A stretch of DNA of 64,000 bases from Yuukianura sp. NJ FZ-2021 (lineage: Eukaryota), in the NCBI GenBank assembly GCA_046563655.1, contig CM102286.1, forward strand, positions 4,526,001 to 4,590,000, given 5' to 3'. Positions 24,214 to 37,784 of the stretch are shown one piece after another; the first letter of the stretch is position 1; each line of letters begins with the position of its first letter. The position numbers were made by a program, and so were the translations under genes. Below the pieces are notes generated by a model. It saw only the letters and a program-made list of their open reading frames with translations. It ran no database searches and had not been told where the DNA came from.

Positions 24214-25741
24214 TTCAAAGCAACACAGTAATCAAAAATGCTTCCATTTTCCTACAAATTTCTATTCTTGCTTCGGTTAATCTCTAATAAGGTGAAAGTC
24301 AAACCGCGTCATATTGAGTGTTTCACTGCGGTTATTGCTAAATACGGAAAATTGAAAGTTGGAGTTGAATGATCCCAACGATGAAATGCAGTTGTATGTA
24401 AATGTGTGATTGAGAAATTGCAAGCAACGATGCTGATGTTTTGACTGTGTGGCAGAGGATGCCCAAGGTGTCGTCGACACGCTTACAATGCGCTGTCTCG
24501 TAGCAGTAGGCATTCAGGAAATTGCTTTCAACATTTTTGCTTAGAAATGAAATGCGAAATTAGGCTCCACCCAATGCCCCATCCACAGATACAGGCACGT
24601 ACATTGACAACCCCGTCTTCAAGAGATGTTTTTATGCAGAAAATGCATGGCGTTACTTGAAAGCATGGTGTACAAAATGAGGCCAAAAGATTCCTTTGTT
24701 TGTTAAACCAACAAGCTAATAATACAGAGTAAAAATCAAATAAAACGTAAATGTAATTTAGAAAAAATATTAACAAAACCAGAAACAAAATCCGCATGGT
24801 CATTTTAAGTTCATGAAGCTAAATTTCTTAGTTTTTTTTTCTCTTGATGTGATTAGATCACAATATAGGGTTAATCGAGACTTCAGAATCAGCAGACAGA
24901 AAATTTAATGTTTGCTGAACAAAAGTAGTGAGTTACTAAAAAGAAAATTGAAACCACTGAAAGCAAAGAGTGCTAAATAATGATCTGATTTCAATTATGA
25001 AGATGGCAAATTGTTTAAATCTAAACATTCTGTGATTAGGTGACCTTGAATGATCTTCACCTCGTGTACTCGCCAGAATATGTTGACATTGTGGACTCAT
25101 GTCTCACTTAAACGTTATGCAACTCCAAGAAATTGCGCAAAGATGTGTATGAGATTCCGCAAATTAAGAAATGGATCGAAACTGGACAGAAGACTTTGGG
25201 CTAAACTTTCAATTATTTTCAACAAATTCAAATTAAATTTATCTAGCAAATAAAAGTCTATCTGAAGGTATCGCTTTTGGTTTTGGAAAGGAAATTTCTG
25301 TTGACATTTTGACCCATGTATCTCATTCGCAATTGTGAAAAGCAATTAATTGTACACACGCGTCGACATTGAACACTACAGTTCCCAATCAACTTTCATT
25401 AAACAATCATAGACCGTGTAGATGGCAAACATGTTTATTCCTATTTTAAAAATTTAAACTTAAATTACGTGAAAATGGAAATAACTGGAAACGTTTACTT
25501 TTTTTTTCTTAAAGCAATTACTTTTGAATTCAATTTTCACGGCCTTATAAAACCACTACTCAGATGAACCTAAGCTGAAGCTCGCAGTTTCAGTCACTGG
25601 AAATTTCAGTCGTCCGTTCATTTCACTCGTATTGAACTAAAATTCTGAAAATTGACCGAATCTGGGAACACTGCGGAGTCGAATCATCACAGGCAATCCT
25701 CATTGTTGTGCAGCCGGCAAAGCGCATTGCCTTATTTCGAA

Positions 25742-27023
25742 ATGTTAAGCAAAACTAGTCGCCGAGTTATGATAATTTTGGCAAACACTGGATACAAGCT
25801 AGGTATTCTTCCATTCTACTGGGAGGGAGAATACAAAGTGAAACTATTCAAGAATCATGGCATTTTCGATCCGAAACTAAGTTATAAGAAAATTCTCTTT
25901 TACTTTATTTCGTTTTTGGTATGTGGAAATTCACTTTTGAGTGCCATTAGACTTTGTTTTGGGAGCCATGACAGTCCACTCAAATTTATATTTCATGCAA
26001 CTGTTTTCTTGTGGTATGCCCTCTCTACTGCCATTCAGGTCAACCACATTTACAATCCAATTGTAGTTGCAGAAGCCATGACAGATATTGCCCAGTATGA
26101 CATTCAATTGTCCATGCGCTACCAAGTTCCTGGTGTGCGTGACCGAGGCTTACCGCTCGTTTTGTTCTTTTTTATCGGCATACCATTAGAAGCCATGTCA
26201 CTGTTCGTGCTTTACTTGACGAATCAAAACGCTAGTCAATATATTGGCTCGTTCTGGAGTGAAAACTATTATTTAAAACCAGTATTTATTCTAATGGAAT
26301 TAATAATAGCAGTAGCATTTGGTGTTAACTGTGCGCTATATGCTTGCTGGTGGATCACTGGTCAAAGTATGGTAGCGTTTTGGCTGGAAGAGTTGTGTCG
26401 ACCAAAGGTAAGCGTAAAGGTTACTTAAGTTTACACTAACTGTATTTTTTGAAATATTTGAATTAAAGGGCGGCAAGATTCGAACCGTTGAAGAGTTTCG
26501 ACAAACCGACAACATTTCGGCCACATTTCGGTGTCTACAGCTTATAACTTTCCAAATCAAACGTTCATGTGCCACTCTTGTAATTCCGGTTCAATTTTTC
26601 ACCACTTTCTTCCTCTTAATACTTTCATCATATACCACCATCAGATACTTTAGTTGGGACTACTTTCGATTAGAAAAGTTTCAAACTTTAGAGGGAATTC
26701 AAACGTCGGTGGAATACTTTCTGCATCCCTACAGCGTCCTAGTCCTAATAATTTGGATGTCCCTGACCGTTCCAACATCGGGCAAGATCTACAAAGCTTC
26801 ACTTTTGGCCAGAGATGCTTTAAAAGACGCTTGGGAAAAAGAGAAAAGTGCTTTTGCTGAAGATCAAATTAAAACGAAAGAAGAAATTGTCATGGCAACC
26901 AGAAGGACTTTTCCAACTCTGCATATCGACATTGGAAGTTTGACTCACTACAAAAGAACAACGATGCTCAGCGTGCTTAGCAATGCTTCAGACTCCATTG
27001 TCACTGCGCTCATTACATTCTGA
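25742..27023 (+). CDS. Gustatory-receptor-like multi-pass chemoreceptor (2 exons, intron about 26408-26468)
   Basis: About 400-aa spliced ORF with multiple TM helices, N-terminal GILPFYW and C-terminal HIDIGSLTHYKRTTMLSVL...ALITF, reminiscent of the insect GR/OR superfamily terminus. Confidence 0.65.
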
Positions 27024-28650
27024 AATATGTTTATGAAACACATTTTTAATCCTAATTGAAATATATGCATTGCATCTTTATGTACGTGTAGAAAATGAAT
27101 CGCATCTCGGTTTGCACCTGGCTCAAAATTTTAGGAAGTTTACAAGAGTTATTAATGTAAATACGGAAGTGTTGACGTTTAGTGGGAAATTTCCAAAATT
27201 ATGTCGATATAATAACTTTTGTTCTTTTAAATTGTATAAATTATTTAACTCAGAATTATTGCGCAAACATATAAAAATTGGGAAAACGGTGTTTATAAAG
27301 TTAGTTTTAGGTTGCAGTATTTTTTTCTGTTATACACTATACTATCTTTTTTGTGTACTATCTTTTTTTACAAGCAGTGAATATTGTTTTTGAAAAGTTG
27401 TCAGATTTCCATTGACGATTGCGGAAAGAACAAAAGGTAAATTTTGAAGGTTCTGAAAATTGATTTAATTAGAAATTCAATTTAAAAACAATACAAGGTA
27501 ATATCAGGTCAAAATTGACACAATTCTTGTAAACTCAAAGCCCGATTCCCAAGCCGGGATAAAAATCTAGCCTTGCATTAATGATTTGACCCGATACTGC
27601 TTTCTATGCAATACAATTTAAAAGCGATTAGATTAGTCAGCAATTTAAACTTTAACTTTAAACTTAGCCTTTGTAGTGCCGTATGCTAGAAAATAGTTGG
27701 CCCAAAAATGGCCGAAGGCTAAAAGAGTTTTAATCAACAAACAATTTATGTTCAAACTAATAGAATCCATTAGCCACTTTTTGTCAAGTTTATTTGAGGT
27801 GCTCTGTAATGTTTGACCTTTATGTTGACCCATGTCAAAATTGTCCAAATCACTGGTATGATTTATGTCCACCCTAAAATGCCGTGCAAAATTAAAACCG
27901 CGCTTTGATTTTGGGCGATGTTTTGAATTGCTTACTTCTCATCTTCATATAAACGGGTTCTTAATATTTTCTTCTAGTTTAAGTTCTCTCAGTTTTGAAA
28001 TTTTAGTTGAAAAGGTTTAAATAATTCTTCTAGAATGACCTCTCTAAATCATTGCCAAATATTTGTGAAAAATGAAACAAAAGTTTCCTGTTTACACAAC
28101 GTTTTGGCACCACATGTAGATCAGGCATCATACCATGAAGCTCACTGAACGTTTACTAAAAATCAGCGATTCCAGGAATAAATTTGGAAGGATTATTTGG
28201 ACAGTTATTTTCGTATTTTGAAGTGGCTGGTCGCTTACGAAGTCATGACGCCAAATGGGCAATGATCCTTCCTAAATTAATGGTCACGTTCCTATTAAAT
28301 ACAACTGTTCAAATGTTGGATTGAGGCAGTCAAAAAGGTGCCATAAATATTGCGGTAACTAATAATTCCGTGTTTGATCTCTTAGCTACTCAATATTTTT
28401 CACAGATTAAATAATTTATGGCACAAAAATAGGTAGCTTTTTGACAAGGAAAGAATTGGTGAGAACAAAGCCATCGACAGTCATAAATTAAACAGTTTTC
28501 TTCCAATTTGTAACATTTCCCCACCACACGCGTTCCGTCCAGCTACTCCCCACAATTTCCAGCAACCTCACAAAAATATCATCCAAGGTCACCGTTTTCC
28601 CCTGAAAACTTTTAACTTAAAACTGCGCAAGTCCCACTTCTTCAAAAAAA

Positions 28651-30253
28651 ATGGCGTTCAAGAATAAACGTTCGTTTAAAGTCTACGAAGGGCGAAAGTC
28701 TAAATTGGAGCGCCTTACTCACTTGTTCTTCCAGCAATTCATTATCATCTCCAAAATGTGGTGGCAAGTACTACTGGCAAGTTTATTCACCTTTGTGGTC
28801 GTTGGCCTCAACATTCGCTATAAGCACGTCTTCTACATGGGATGGTCGGATGCACTCGTACCGATTCTGGGATTGGTCGTCGGTTTGCTCCTGGTTTTCA
28901 GAACAAATACAGCCTACGATCGGTATTACGAAGGAAGAAGACTTTGGTCTCAGATGACCCAGGTCATACGAGTACTAGTTCGAGCTATTTGGACAATTGT
29001 ACCGGAGAAAACAGGTCGAGAGGTGGTTGAAAAGAAGTCGGCGACGAATCTGCTAGTGGCATTTACTATTGCGTCGAAGCATTACTTAAGAGAAGAATAT
29101 GCCTATGACCACAAGGACCTCAAAGAACTGATCCACCATTTCCCGCAAATGTTTTCCGAACCTAGGTACGACACTATGAAGAAGCTGAGCGTCCTAAACT
29201 ACGCTCCACCTTCGAACATTCCGCTCCAAATCCTCTACTACTTTGCCATTTTTGTTCAAACGATGAAGGAACGATATGCATGGGGTACTTTACGTTTTAA
29301 ATTTCTCTTAACGTTGACGAATTGTACATAGGGGCACCGCTAATACACAATTTCTTGTTTTCAGATCCCGCTACGTCTTCAATTTTCTACAATGGTAAAA
29401 AAAACTGTTTAAAAATTGTTGATTTTAACGTAACAAGTCATTCGGGCGAATACAGTAAGCGCGAATTCAACAAGCTGGCAACAGTGGAAGTGAGCCTATT
29501 GGAGTGTAAGCCTTGGATTTGTTAAAATGGTGGGTTAGGTTTTCATTGAATGTTAGACTCATTGTTGCCAAGTTCTGGAATTCGAACATATTATTGTTTT
29601 CGCGCTAATGACCTGGAAGCGATTTTAAACATTTTTTTTACATTTTCCTTCTTGGATAAGGTTTGAACACGCTATCGGAAAGTCTATCAGGATTCGAACG
29701 TATAAAGAGAACGCCAATTCCACCCGCCTACTACATCCATTTGTACCATGTGATCTGGCTGTACATTCTATCACTACCATTCCAGCTTGCCGAGAAAATG
29801 GGATGGTGGACCATAGCTGCTGTAGGGATCACAGCATTTACGTTCCTTGGAATCCTAGAAATTGGATCCCAAATTGAAGATCCATTTGGTTATGACGACA
29901 ATGACTTGGTAAGGTGGTGTTCAGTTACTAAAAATTAGTATTAAACATCATGAACAACTGAATGATTTTTAAAATGTTGACAGCCTTTGGAAGACCTTTG
30001 TAGTGTTCTGGGTACAGAAATTGAAGATATCCTCAGCACAACATTGCCATCACACGAAGAACTCTTTGTATCCAACAACTACAAACCCATTCCAAATTGT
30101 AAGATGTCTGCTCAAGAACTTTCGTTAAAGAGTAAAACGGAAGTGAGAAATTTGCTACAAGAACAGCAGCATCGCTACAGGCTGGAGCAACTGTCGATCC
30201 GAAATCTCACCAACTTAAAACCGAATCTAACCAACTTGAGAATCACAGCGTAA
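28651..30253 (+). CDS. Bestrophin-family channel, microbial/fungal (YneE/UPF0187-like) type, 4 exons
   Basis: LGLVVGLLLVFRTNTAYDRYYEGRRLW, ERIKRTPIPPAYYIHL, IGSQIEDPFGYDDNDL; exons 28651-29284, 29365-29394, 29661-29908 and 29984-30253 splice in frame. Confidence 0.9.
29446..29604. mobile_element. Degenerate MITE-like inverted repeat in bestrophin intron 2
   Basis: Left arm CGAATACAGTAA..CGAATTCAACAAGCTGGCAACAGTG imperfectly matches the reverse complement of the right arm CATTGTTGCCAAGTTCTGGAATTCG..TTATTGTTTTCG. Confidence 0.4.
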
Positions 30254-30546
30254 ACGGAGCATATTCCTTCGTGGCGATTGCGAGTTCCTCTTAATGTACA
30301 GCTCAAGTGGACCAGCAAGCTTGAAACAAATAAGCTTACAGCAGTATTTAGCACTTTAACGAAAACTTTGTAACTAGTTCCATACTTACATAGCTTAGGT
30401 TTTAAGGGTAGAATGTTGTCCAAGATCCTGCTGGACATTACTAGATATGTTAGTAGATCTGTTTCGGGTGAATAGAGAAAATTAAAGTTGCGTTTTTAAT
30501 TATGAATATTGGGCAATTAGATTCATTAATTAATTAATTCTTAAGG

Positions 30547-31436
30547 TTATTTTTTGATTAGCGATACAATCCATTCGAGGCCTTGATACAGTCCTTCACC
30601 GGTTAGAGCACAGCAAGGTTGGATTTGCCACCTATGTGTCCGTAGAGCGGTAAGACCGAGTCTATAACATAAAAAAAAAGAATTGCTAAAGACTAAAAGT
30701 CAAAATCCTTCAGAATTTAGAAACTGACGAATATTTCCTTGTGTTTTCAAGGAATACAAATTCCGGGAGTCATTGCTTACTCTTTGGAAATGAGGGCAGG
30801 GCGCATTGAGCCTTTCACATCTTGCTTATTAGCGTAAATGAGGAAGGATGCGGTTTTCAGCTCTTCATGAGCAAAAAGTCTTTCTAATTCTTCTTTTATC
30901 ACGGTAAGTCTCTCTGTATCGGTGGAATCAATCACTACGATGACAAACTGAAAATTAAAAATAGAAAAATTAGGCACATCCTTGGCGCCAGTTGTTAAAA
31001 ATATGCTGCTTGTAAATGAAACTGCGTAGAATACCTCAGTATTTTGGAAATATGTGGACCAACTCTGTCGTAAACTTTGTTGGCCACCGAGATCCCACAT
31101 AAGAAAATTGATATTTTTCCATCTGACCTCTTCAACATTTGACCCAATGGTTGGTGATGTCTGAAAAAATAGACGAATAGTTACATTTAAACTAACTGTA
31201 AACAATTTCTACGTCTCTTCTTACTTGTACTACTTCGTTCATCAGAAACTGATAGAGTATGGTTGTTTTCCCCGCATTGTCCAATCCAACAATAACGATT
31301 TTATGCTCTGCAAAAAAACATTTGTAATGTAAATATGGATTCCAAAATAAAACAGTATTTGCCAATTTCATAATTGTTTGACCAATTTACCTTCAGTTCC
31401 AAACAAACTCCAAATTTTTGAGAAGATGATACCCAT
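30547..31436 (-). CDS. Arl5: ADP-ribosylation factor-like GTPase 5
   Basis: MG start (myristoylation), [52 protein letters not shown]. Confidence 0.93.
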
Positions 31437-32798
31437 TTCTAAAGCTTTGGCATTTGTTGTTTCGGGTTGGATGAGATTGGTAGACAATTTTTTTCGGACG
31501 AGATAGTTTGATTACTTAATTTGACTTCACTTGAAATAGTGGATCGATGAGTCCGTCACTGTTACGGCCGTGTACTCGAATCTCCAGTTTTTCTTGTATC
31601 CATGAATCGTACCTTAGCAAATGGTCCTTTGCAATTGACAATCAGTCGTTCTTGCCCTTGCTCAGATTCAGATTAGGTCTAATAAAATTCCTGATGATGA
31701 CGTTGAGGATGTTTTGAACCACAATATGGCGTTAATAAAATAGACTTCTCTTGCGTAATTGAAGATTGGCATGCATTTGGTTTATAAAATACTTACACGG
31801 AGACGGAATGGAAGTTAATTAATTAGAAGATCTCACGTAATCAGTTCGGAAGTTGCTTGAAGGTGGGGGATAATTGAAATCGGAAAAACTATAAAAGAAA
31901 CTTTTCGGAGCAACAAATTTGGTTGTTATTATGAAACGATAATCAAAACCAGTTTACTTTGAACGTAATGGGAATGTGATTTCAGATGAATCAACAGGGT
32001 ATACATTGGTTGCACCAGGTGGGTTATTAATCTAATCAGACTAAGAACAACTTGACACTTGATGTTAGAGAGAGTGTGATTTCTGAAGTGTGGAATTAGA
32101 CAAAGTGTGTGTAAAAAATGAACTTTCACTTTCATTTTTTTTGTAAAGATAATTTATTTTTTCAAATGTTTAGGTTCTCCCGCCCTCTCGTAGCTTTTCT
32201 GTCTCACAAGTTAACGCATCACAATGAAAGTTGGAACAGTTAATAAAATATTTTTTGTAAAATATTTTATCTCGTTTTAATGACTAAAAAATAATAATAA
32301 ACTAACGTAAGTTGAGAATCGCCTTTTCTTTCATTAGATTTTCTCAACTTGCAAGTTCCATTTGAAGGTAATAGCATTCTAATGGGCTAACATTTTTAAT
32401 GACTGGATTTATTCCATTTATGCTTGCAAAAAAAAAATCTTTTCCGCAGAATTATAAATGCAATTCACGTCGTTGTTGTTGGTTTCACGCTAGTCAAACC
32501 CATTAACTTCATATTACACGCTGAAATTATGAATTAGTAAACCTAAATTCTAAAAGTCAAGACTAACATGACGAACAAGTGACTAAAATTTGTTACTTTT
32601 GACGCTAAGTGCTCTAAAAGTCAAAAGTAGTAGAAGAGGATCGTGGGAGTATTTAGCAAGTAAATTGCGAATTATTTTGGCAATTTTTTCTGCATGTTTC
32701 CGTAAGGATTTACATGGACTTAGTTTGCCGACATTTGAGCTGTGTGTTAGACAATAAATCTCTGTTTAAGAAGAAATTTGCAACAATTTAGTTTTGGA

Positions 32799-33726
32799 AT
32801 GGGTGAAAAGGAGGCAAAACTAACAATTTCCCTGTCCAAATTGATCCGGATTGTGATTCTTTTTGAATTGGTAATTTCAAATTTTGTATGTGAATATATT
32901 TTGTATTTCTGCACAAAGTTCATTGATAAATTCTTATTTCAGTGTGTTCCATTGTTCAGTTTGGTAATTTCTGCCTCAATATTTTTGTTTCATAAAAAGC
33001 CAGAGCAAACTTTACAAAACGAGGAAACAAAAAGGAGAACTGCGTTTGACGAAGAATACAAAGCAATTCGTAAACAAATTATAATTTTTTATTCGTAAAC
33101 CGCAAATAATTTAGGCAACCCATTCACCTTGATTGATTTCAACTTTTTCTGTTTATGCCAAACATTTCGCACACGGCATTACTTTATCACTTTCCTATCC
33201 TATCTCATTTCATAATTTTTAAAAAAATTTCAGTAAGAATTGGACAAAAGTCACGATTTATTTCTATTTTTATTTTCAGAACATGTGAAGGAAATTTTAA
33301 CACTGACGTGCTATTATTCATACATGGTTGTGAAAATGGCGTTGACAATCTTACTCTGGCAAGGAAAGTATCGGGTAAACTCAACTAACCTTCAAAAACA
33401 TTAACACATTTTTTAAAAATTTAGAATTTTATTTTCAGAAAAATTTGTACAAACTAAATGTTTGGCTTGGGACTACGATTATTTTGATACTCGCTGCCGG
33501 CTGTCTTGCTTTCCTCGCTTGGATTGAAAACATTCCGTACCTCGGACTAGTTGAAGCCGTTTTAGTTTTTCAAATTGTAGTTTCTATTTTCTCTGTTGTA
33601 GTAATTGCTTATTTTATTCACAAATGTCGTCTTCGTCAATTATTTGACTACGACGAATGTATATCACTACGATTTGTACCAAGAGCAAGTTCGATACACA
33701 TCAACAAACCACCAGAACCTGAATAA
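32799..33726 (+). CDS. Uncharacterised 4-TM membrane protein (4 exons)
   Basis: Four exons splice in frame with canonical sites; four hydrophobic segments; same exon layout as 34997-35929. Confidence 0.6.
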
Positions 33727-34996
33727 AAAACAATGGTAGCCTAAAATAGAGTAACCCCCTTGCATAGTTTTCGAATTTCAGAATTTCGACTTGGGTTTTT
33801 TATGAAATTTTAAATGTAAAATTGAAATCTGTCTTCTGTTTTAGTATCAGAAGCTTCTTATTCATGGTTGTTTAAGCAGAAAATGAAATTGGGTTGAAAA
33901 CATCCAGAAAGATGAATCATGGGAAGATGATTGAGCCAAACCATAATGGGTTTCCCGCACTTTTTGATGGAGTTGAGTGACACTTTTTGGAAGATTTTGG
34001 CACGTCGAAGGATCATTCATTTGATTTCCTGTCACCCTAAATCCCAAAGGTCGTACGTTAAATGGCGTATTGTTTTTGGCACAGCCAGTGACAATTTTCT
34101 TATCATTTTGATCCAAACTAGAAAAACAAAAGCGGTTCACTAGTCATAAACTTAAACGACACAAGAACCCCTGCCTGTTAAATTTTTTGTATGTAAACAA
34201 ACAAGAAGTCTGAAACTTTTAAAACGCTTTCAGCGTAGTAACATCTGGATCTCATCACAGTCCAATAAATCTTAGTTTTATGTGAATCTTCAAGGGAGGT
34301 ATGATGCGTTTGTAACTTTACTTTAGAAACTAATGGATTTGGGTTTCAAGATCATAGCACGTTGGATGACTTTTCTCGGTTTTGCTATTCTGTGAATGAA
34401 ATTTTACTACAGATTTTACAAAGAAGATAGCAAAAGGCAGGGAGACGCTGAAAGAAACAGACTGTCTTTATCTGTCTAAAAAAATTCTTAAAATTCGGAA
34501 AGTATTTCGGTCGACGCAAAATTTTTGAAAACGAAGCTGCCAACACAAGATAAATTGAAAATGAAAAGCGTTGAAAAGTGGAAGTCCAACCCTCTTCTTC
34601 TTCCTAAAGTAAAAAAAAAATGCTTACGTTTTATTTTCAAAAACGCCTCTTCAATTTTTTATACCCGCCCGCGCACACAAAAACACGAAAATCAAATAAT
34701 TCATTTCAAAATTTCAAATCATAAATTTACTTTTCGCAAGAAAAATGGAATTTAAAGAAGAACAATGCAGGAAATTCCTTTGAGAGGGGAAAAACAACTC
34801 GCGAATTCTAAAATTGGACCTAGTTTTGAATCAGTACACGTCACGACTCCTTCACTTTCTTGTTCAAAAAGATGCGATTGAATAGGAAGCCTTGAACAGC
34901 TTAGTTTAGAAAAAGCAGACTCCGTGAAACAACTTTTTGTAAGAATGGTTTAACAGATTTCCTGAATGGTGATATAAAGTGAAAGTGCTGTTTGGG

Positions 34997-35929
34997 ATGT
35001 TTTCATTTGAAGCCCACGTTAAGCTTTTGTCGCTTTTCGCAATGGTATTTTTTCATTTAAATTTTTAATTCAGAAACCTGTGATAACAGAAATATAGAAA
35101 ATAGGGTTTACATTTAATGAATTTTCAATTTCAGATTATTCCGCTAGTATTTTTATTAACACTTGGAGGCGTAAGATATTACTTTTACCTGCACGACAAT
35201 TCCTTGCCTGGGTGGATTTTGTTTCTAAATAGAGACGTTTTGGGACCAATTGATCTCATGGACGAATCAAATTCCAATCTAGGCGGTGAAAGTACTGGTA
35301 TACATCATAAAATTTTTATTCTACACCAAATCAGGTTCAATCCTCCGAGCTTCCACACTAAAATTGTATTGAGATTAGTACAACTTTTTTGAAACAATTT
35401 TCATGTGCAATGGTGCAACATAAACTTTGTGTAGTGTACTGCATTTATTTACGTGCAGTCGTGTTTAAACGTGCCTGTTTTGTTTATTCAGCAGATAGTG
35501 AACTGATTTTGGCGATTCTGTACTACTGTTATGTCACAACCGAAGTTCTTTTGGGCGTCTTCCTGTGGAGGGCAACGTCTCAGGTCAATAAATCTTATGA
35601 TCAGATTAGGCATTTTATCCGATCTGTAAGTGTAAGTGGATCATTCGTCTCCAATTTTGTCTTGGCAGAAACACACCAAGAAACTGTTCATTTGGATTTG
35701 CCTTTCAGCAACATTTACAATTTTTGGATTTGTGCTATTAATTCCAATGAGGCGTCATCGCATCATCGAAGTAGGTTTAGCAGTTGTGTACACCAAAGTT
35801 AATTCCATTTACTCCATCTATACAATTATTGTTGTGGTGTGCCTAATTGTCAAAATCAAACATCGACACATCCTTAATCCACAAGCAACCGAACCAATTG
35901 TTAGAAACATTAATGAAACTCTTGTGTAA
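34997..35929 (+). CDS. Uncharacterised 4-TM membrane protein, diverged paralog of 32799-33726
   Basis: In-frame four-exon model; YYCY...FLWRATSQ|KHTKKLFIW parallels YYSY...LLWQGKYR|KNLYKLNVW. Confidence 0.6.
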
Positions 35930-36181
35930 TTTCTAAGTTTACTTTCCAAATATCCCAATTTTGTGTTCATCTCGTCTGTGATTTGTCTTCAGTAGCTTCT
36001 ATTTTTCCAGTCTTCTCTGTTGTAATAGAAGAACTGAATTAAAAATAAGTCAGTTTCGGATTGACTGTACTGTCATGATCAAAATTGAAAAGCATATTAC
36101 AATATGGGTGAAAGCTTGATAAACATTTTTGATTGATTATTAAACTAGGAATCATGGTTTTATTTTTGTGACTCATTTAAA

Positions 36182-36931
36182 TTAGAATTGAGAATAGGTT
36201 ACGCGATGCGTAAAATAAGCTAAAACCAACGTGGCCTGAATCCATGTCATTGACAATACGTGTGTAATTGCTGCGTTGCAGTAATTTCCTTTGCAAATGC
36301 AAACTTCCTTTGGATACAAAGTACTTTCAGATTCATCCCAGTAGCATTTTCCAGCAGTGTAATTTCGTCCGCCAAATTTCTTAGGATCCCAACACGATCT
36401 CTGGACAACTACCAAAAATACACGGAAAGAAATATTTTTCAAAATTATTGTAATGCAATTTGCTTAATTAAAAGGTTCTTGGACCTACGTTTTTTGGCTT
36501 CGTATTCTGGTGAAGACTTGTGTTCCAGTTCGTAACGGAACGTTAGTTTGCTACATGCGCTTGACGGACAGCTAAGTTTCATTACGAATTCCATCTCTCC
36601 ACAGGAATTGACATGCTCAGATGAAGCCACAGATGAGTTCGGTTCTGTTACCAGAGACATCCGATCACTACAATGGTAACATTGGACAGAAGCCAACGTC
36701 AAACCTAAAATACAAAAATTTTGATGAAAATATACTGTACCCCGTAGCCGTAATCCCTGTGATGATTTTTAAAATTTTCAAACGTTCCTGGAAACCAAAT
36801 TTTTGAAATTTCGAATTTGCAGTACTTTCGGATTGGAAAGTTCAAAATTCATAACCAACTTGGATATAATGCTTACCGATTTGAAACAAAAGAGAAAGTC
36901 CGACAAAAACTAATTGCTTCACAGCTTTCAT
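36182..36931 (-). CDS. Ly6/uPAR (quiver/sleepless-like) three-finger protein, probably GPI-anchored
   Basis: Signal peptide, VQCYHC...C...CPSSACSK...VQRSC...C...CICKGNYCN, hydrophobic C-terminus. Confidence 0.85.
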
Positions 36932-37784
36932 TTCTCTTGAATCAGCTCAACCTTGTCAAGCTCCCTTCCAAAATTGTAATTTTCGAGTGACTCTTTAACG
37001 CCTGCCAAAATGCAACACACGCTGAATACTTTGTACTCGCGATAGGGTTTTAGATTATAATGCTAATCTACGTGCCTGGATGCACTTTATATAAAAAATG
37101 TCAACGAATTGACATAAATAATGTTAAGTGTGCATTACTATATACATCATTCATGTAAACGCTTCAGCTGCTTTCCATGTTTCCATGCTCTTTAGAAATT
37201 CCGGCGCCAAAGCAAGTCTTCCGGAAACACTGATGGACTTATTAGATTGATTCGTATGCTTCAATGTATGGGTTGAAGATGATGGAGGATGGAGGAAAAC
37301 AGAATTTAAATCACAGCGAATATGTACAATGTTAGAAAAACTGTGGATTTTTGGTTGAGAGTTTATTGAGAATTACGAACTCGGCAAAAGTAGAAAAAGA
37401 ACTGTAAGTTAAATTGAACATAACTAGCGTCCTTGGCCAGTTGCTGAGGGACCTAATCATTAGGAAAAATATTGTGACCTCTGACTCACAAATGGTCAGT
37501 TGACTGGTTGCACAGTTTAAGGCTTAGAGAACAGATAGAGAGAGATAGGGATGTAAAAACAAAGTAATACAGCAGAGAAAAACTAAAACTAAAAAAAGTT
37601 CAGTCTAGTTTTCTAACATACAAGTCCAGAGTTATCACAAACTTTTAAAATTTTGATGCACATGACTTGCGGAAAAATCAAAATGGTCATCCGGAATAAT
37701 GTGTTTTAAGTGCGAACCAAATCAAGTGATTTTTACTTAAACTCTCGTACCAAAAATTTAGAAAAGACCATTGAAGTTCTATTG

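Noticed and set aside
33862..34143. Opposing 92-aa and 70-aa ORFs between the 4-TM genes
   Set aside because: No motif or convincing splice model.
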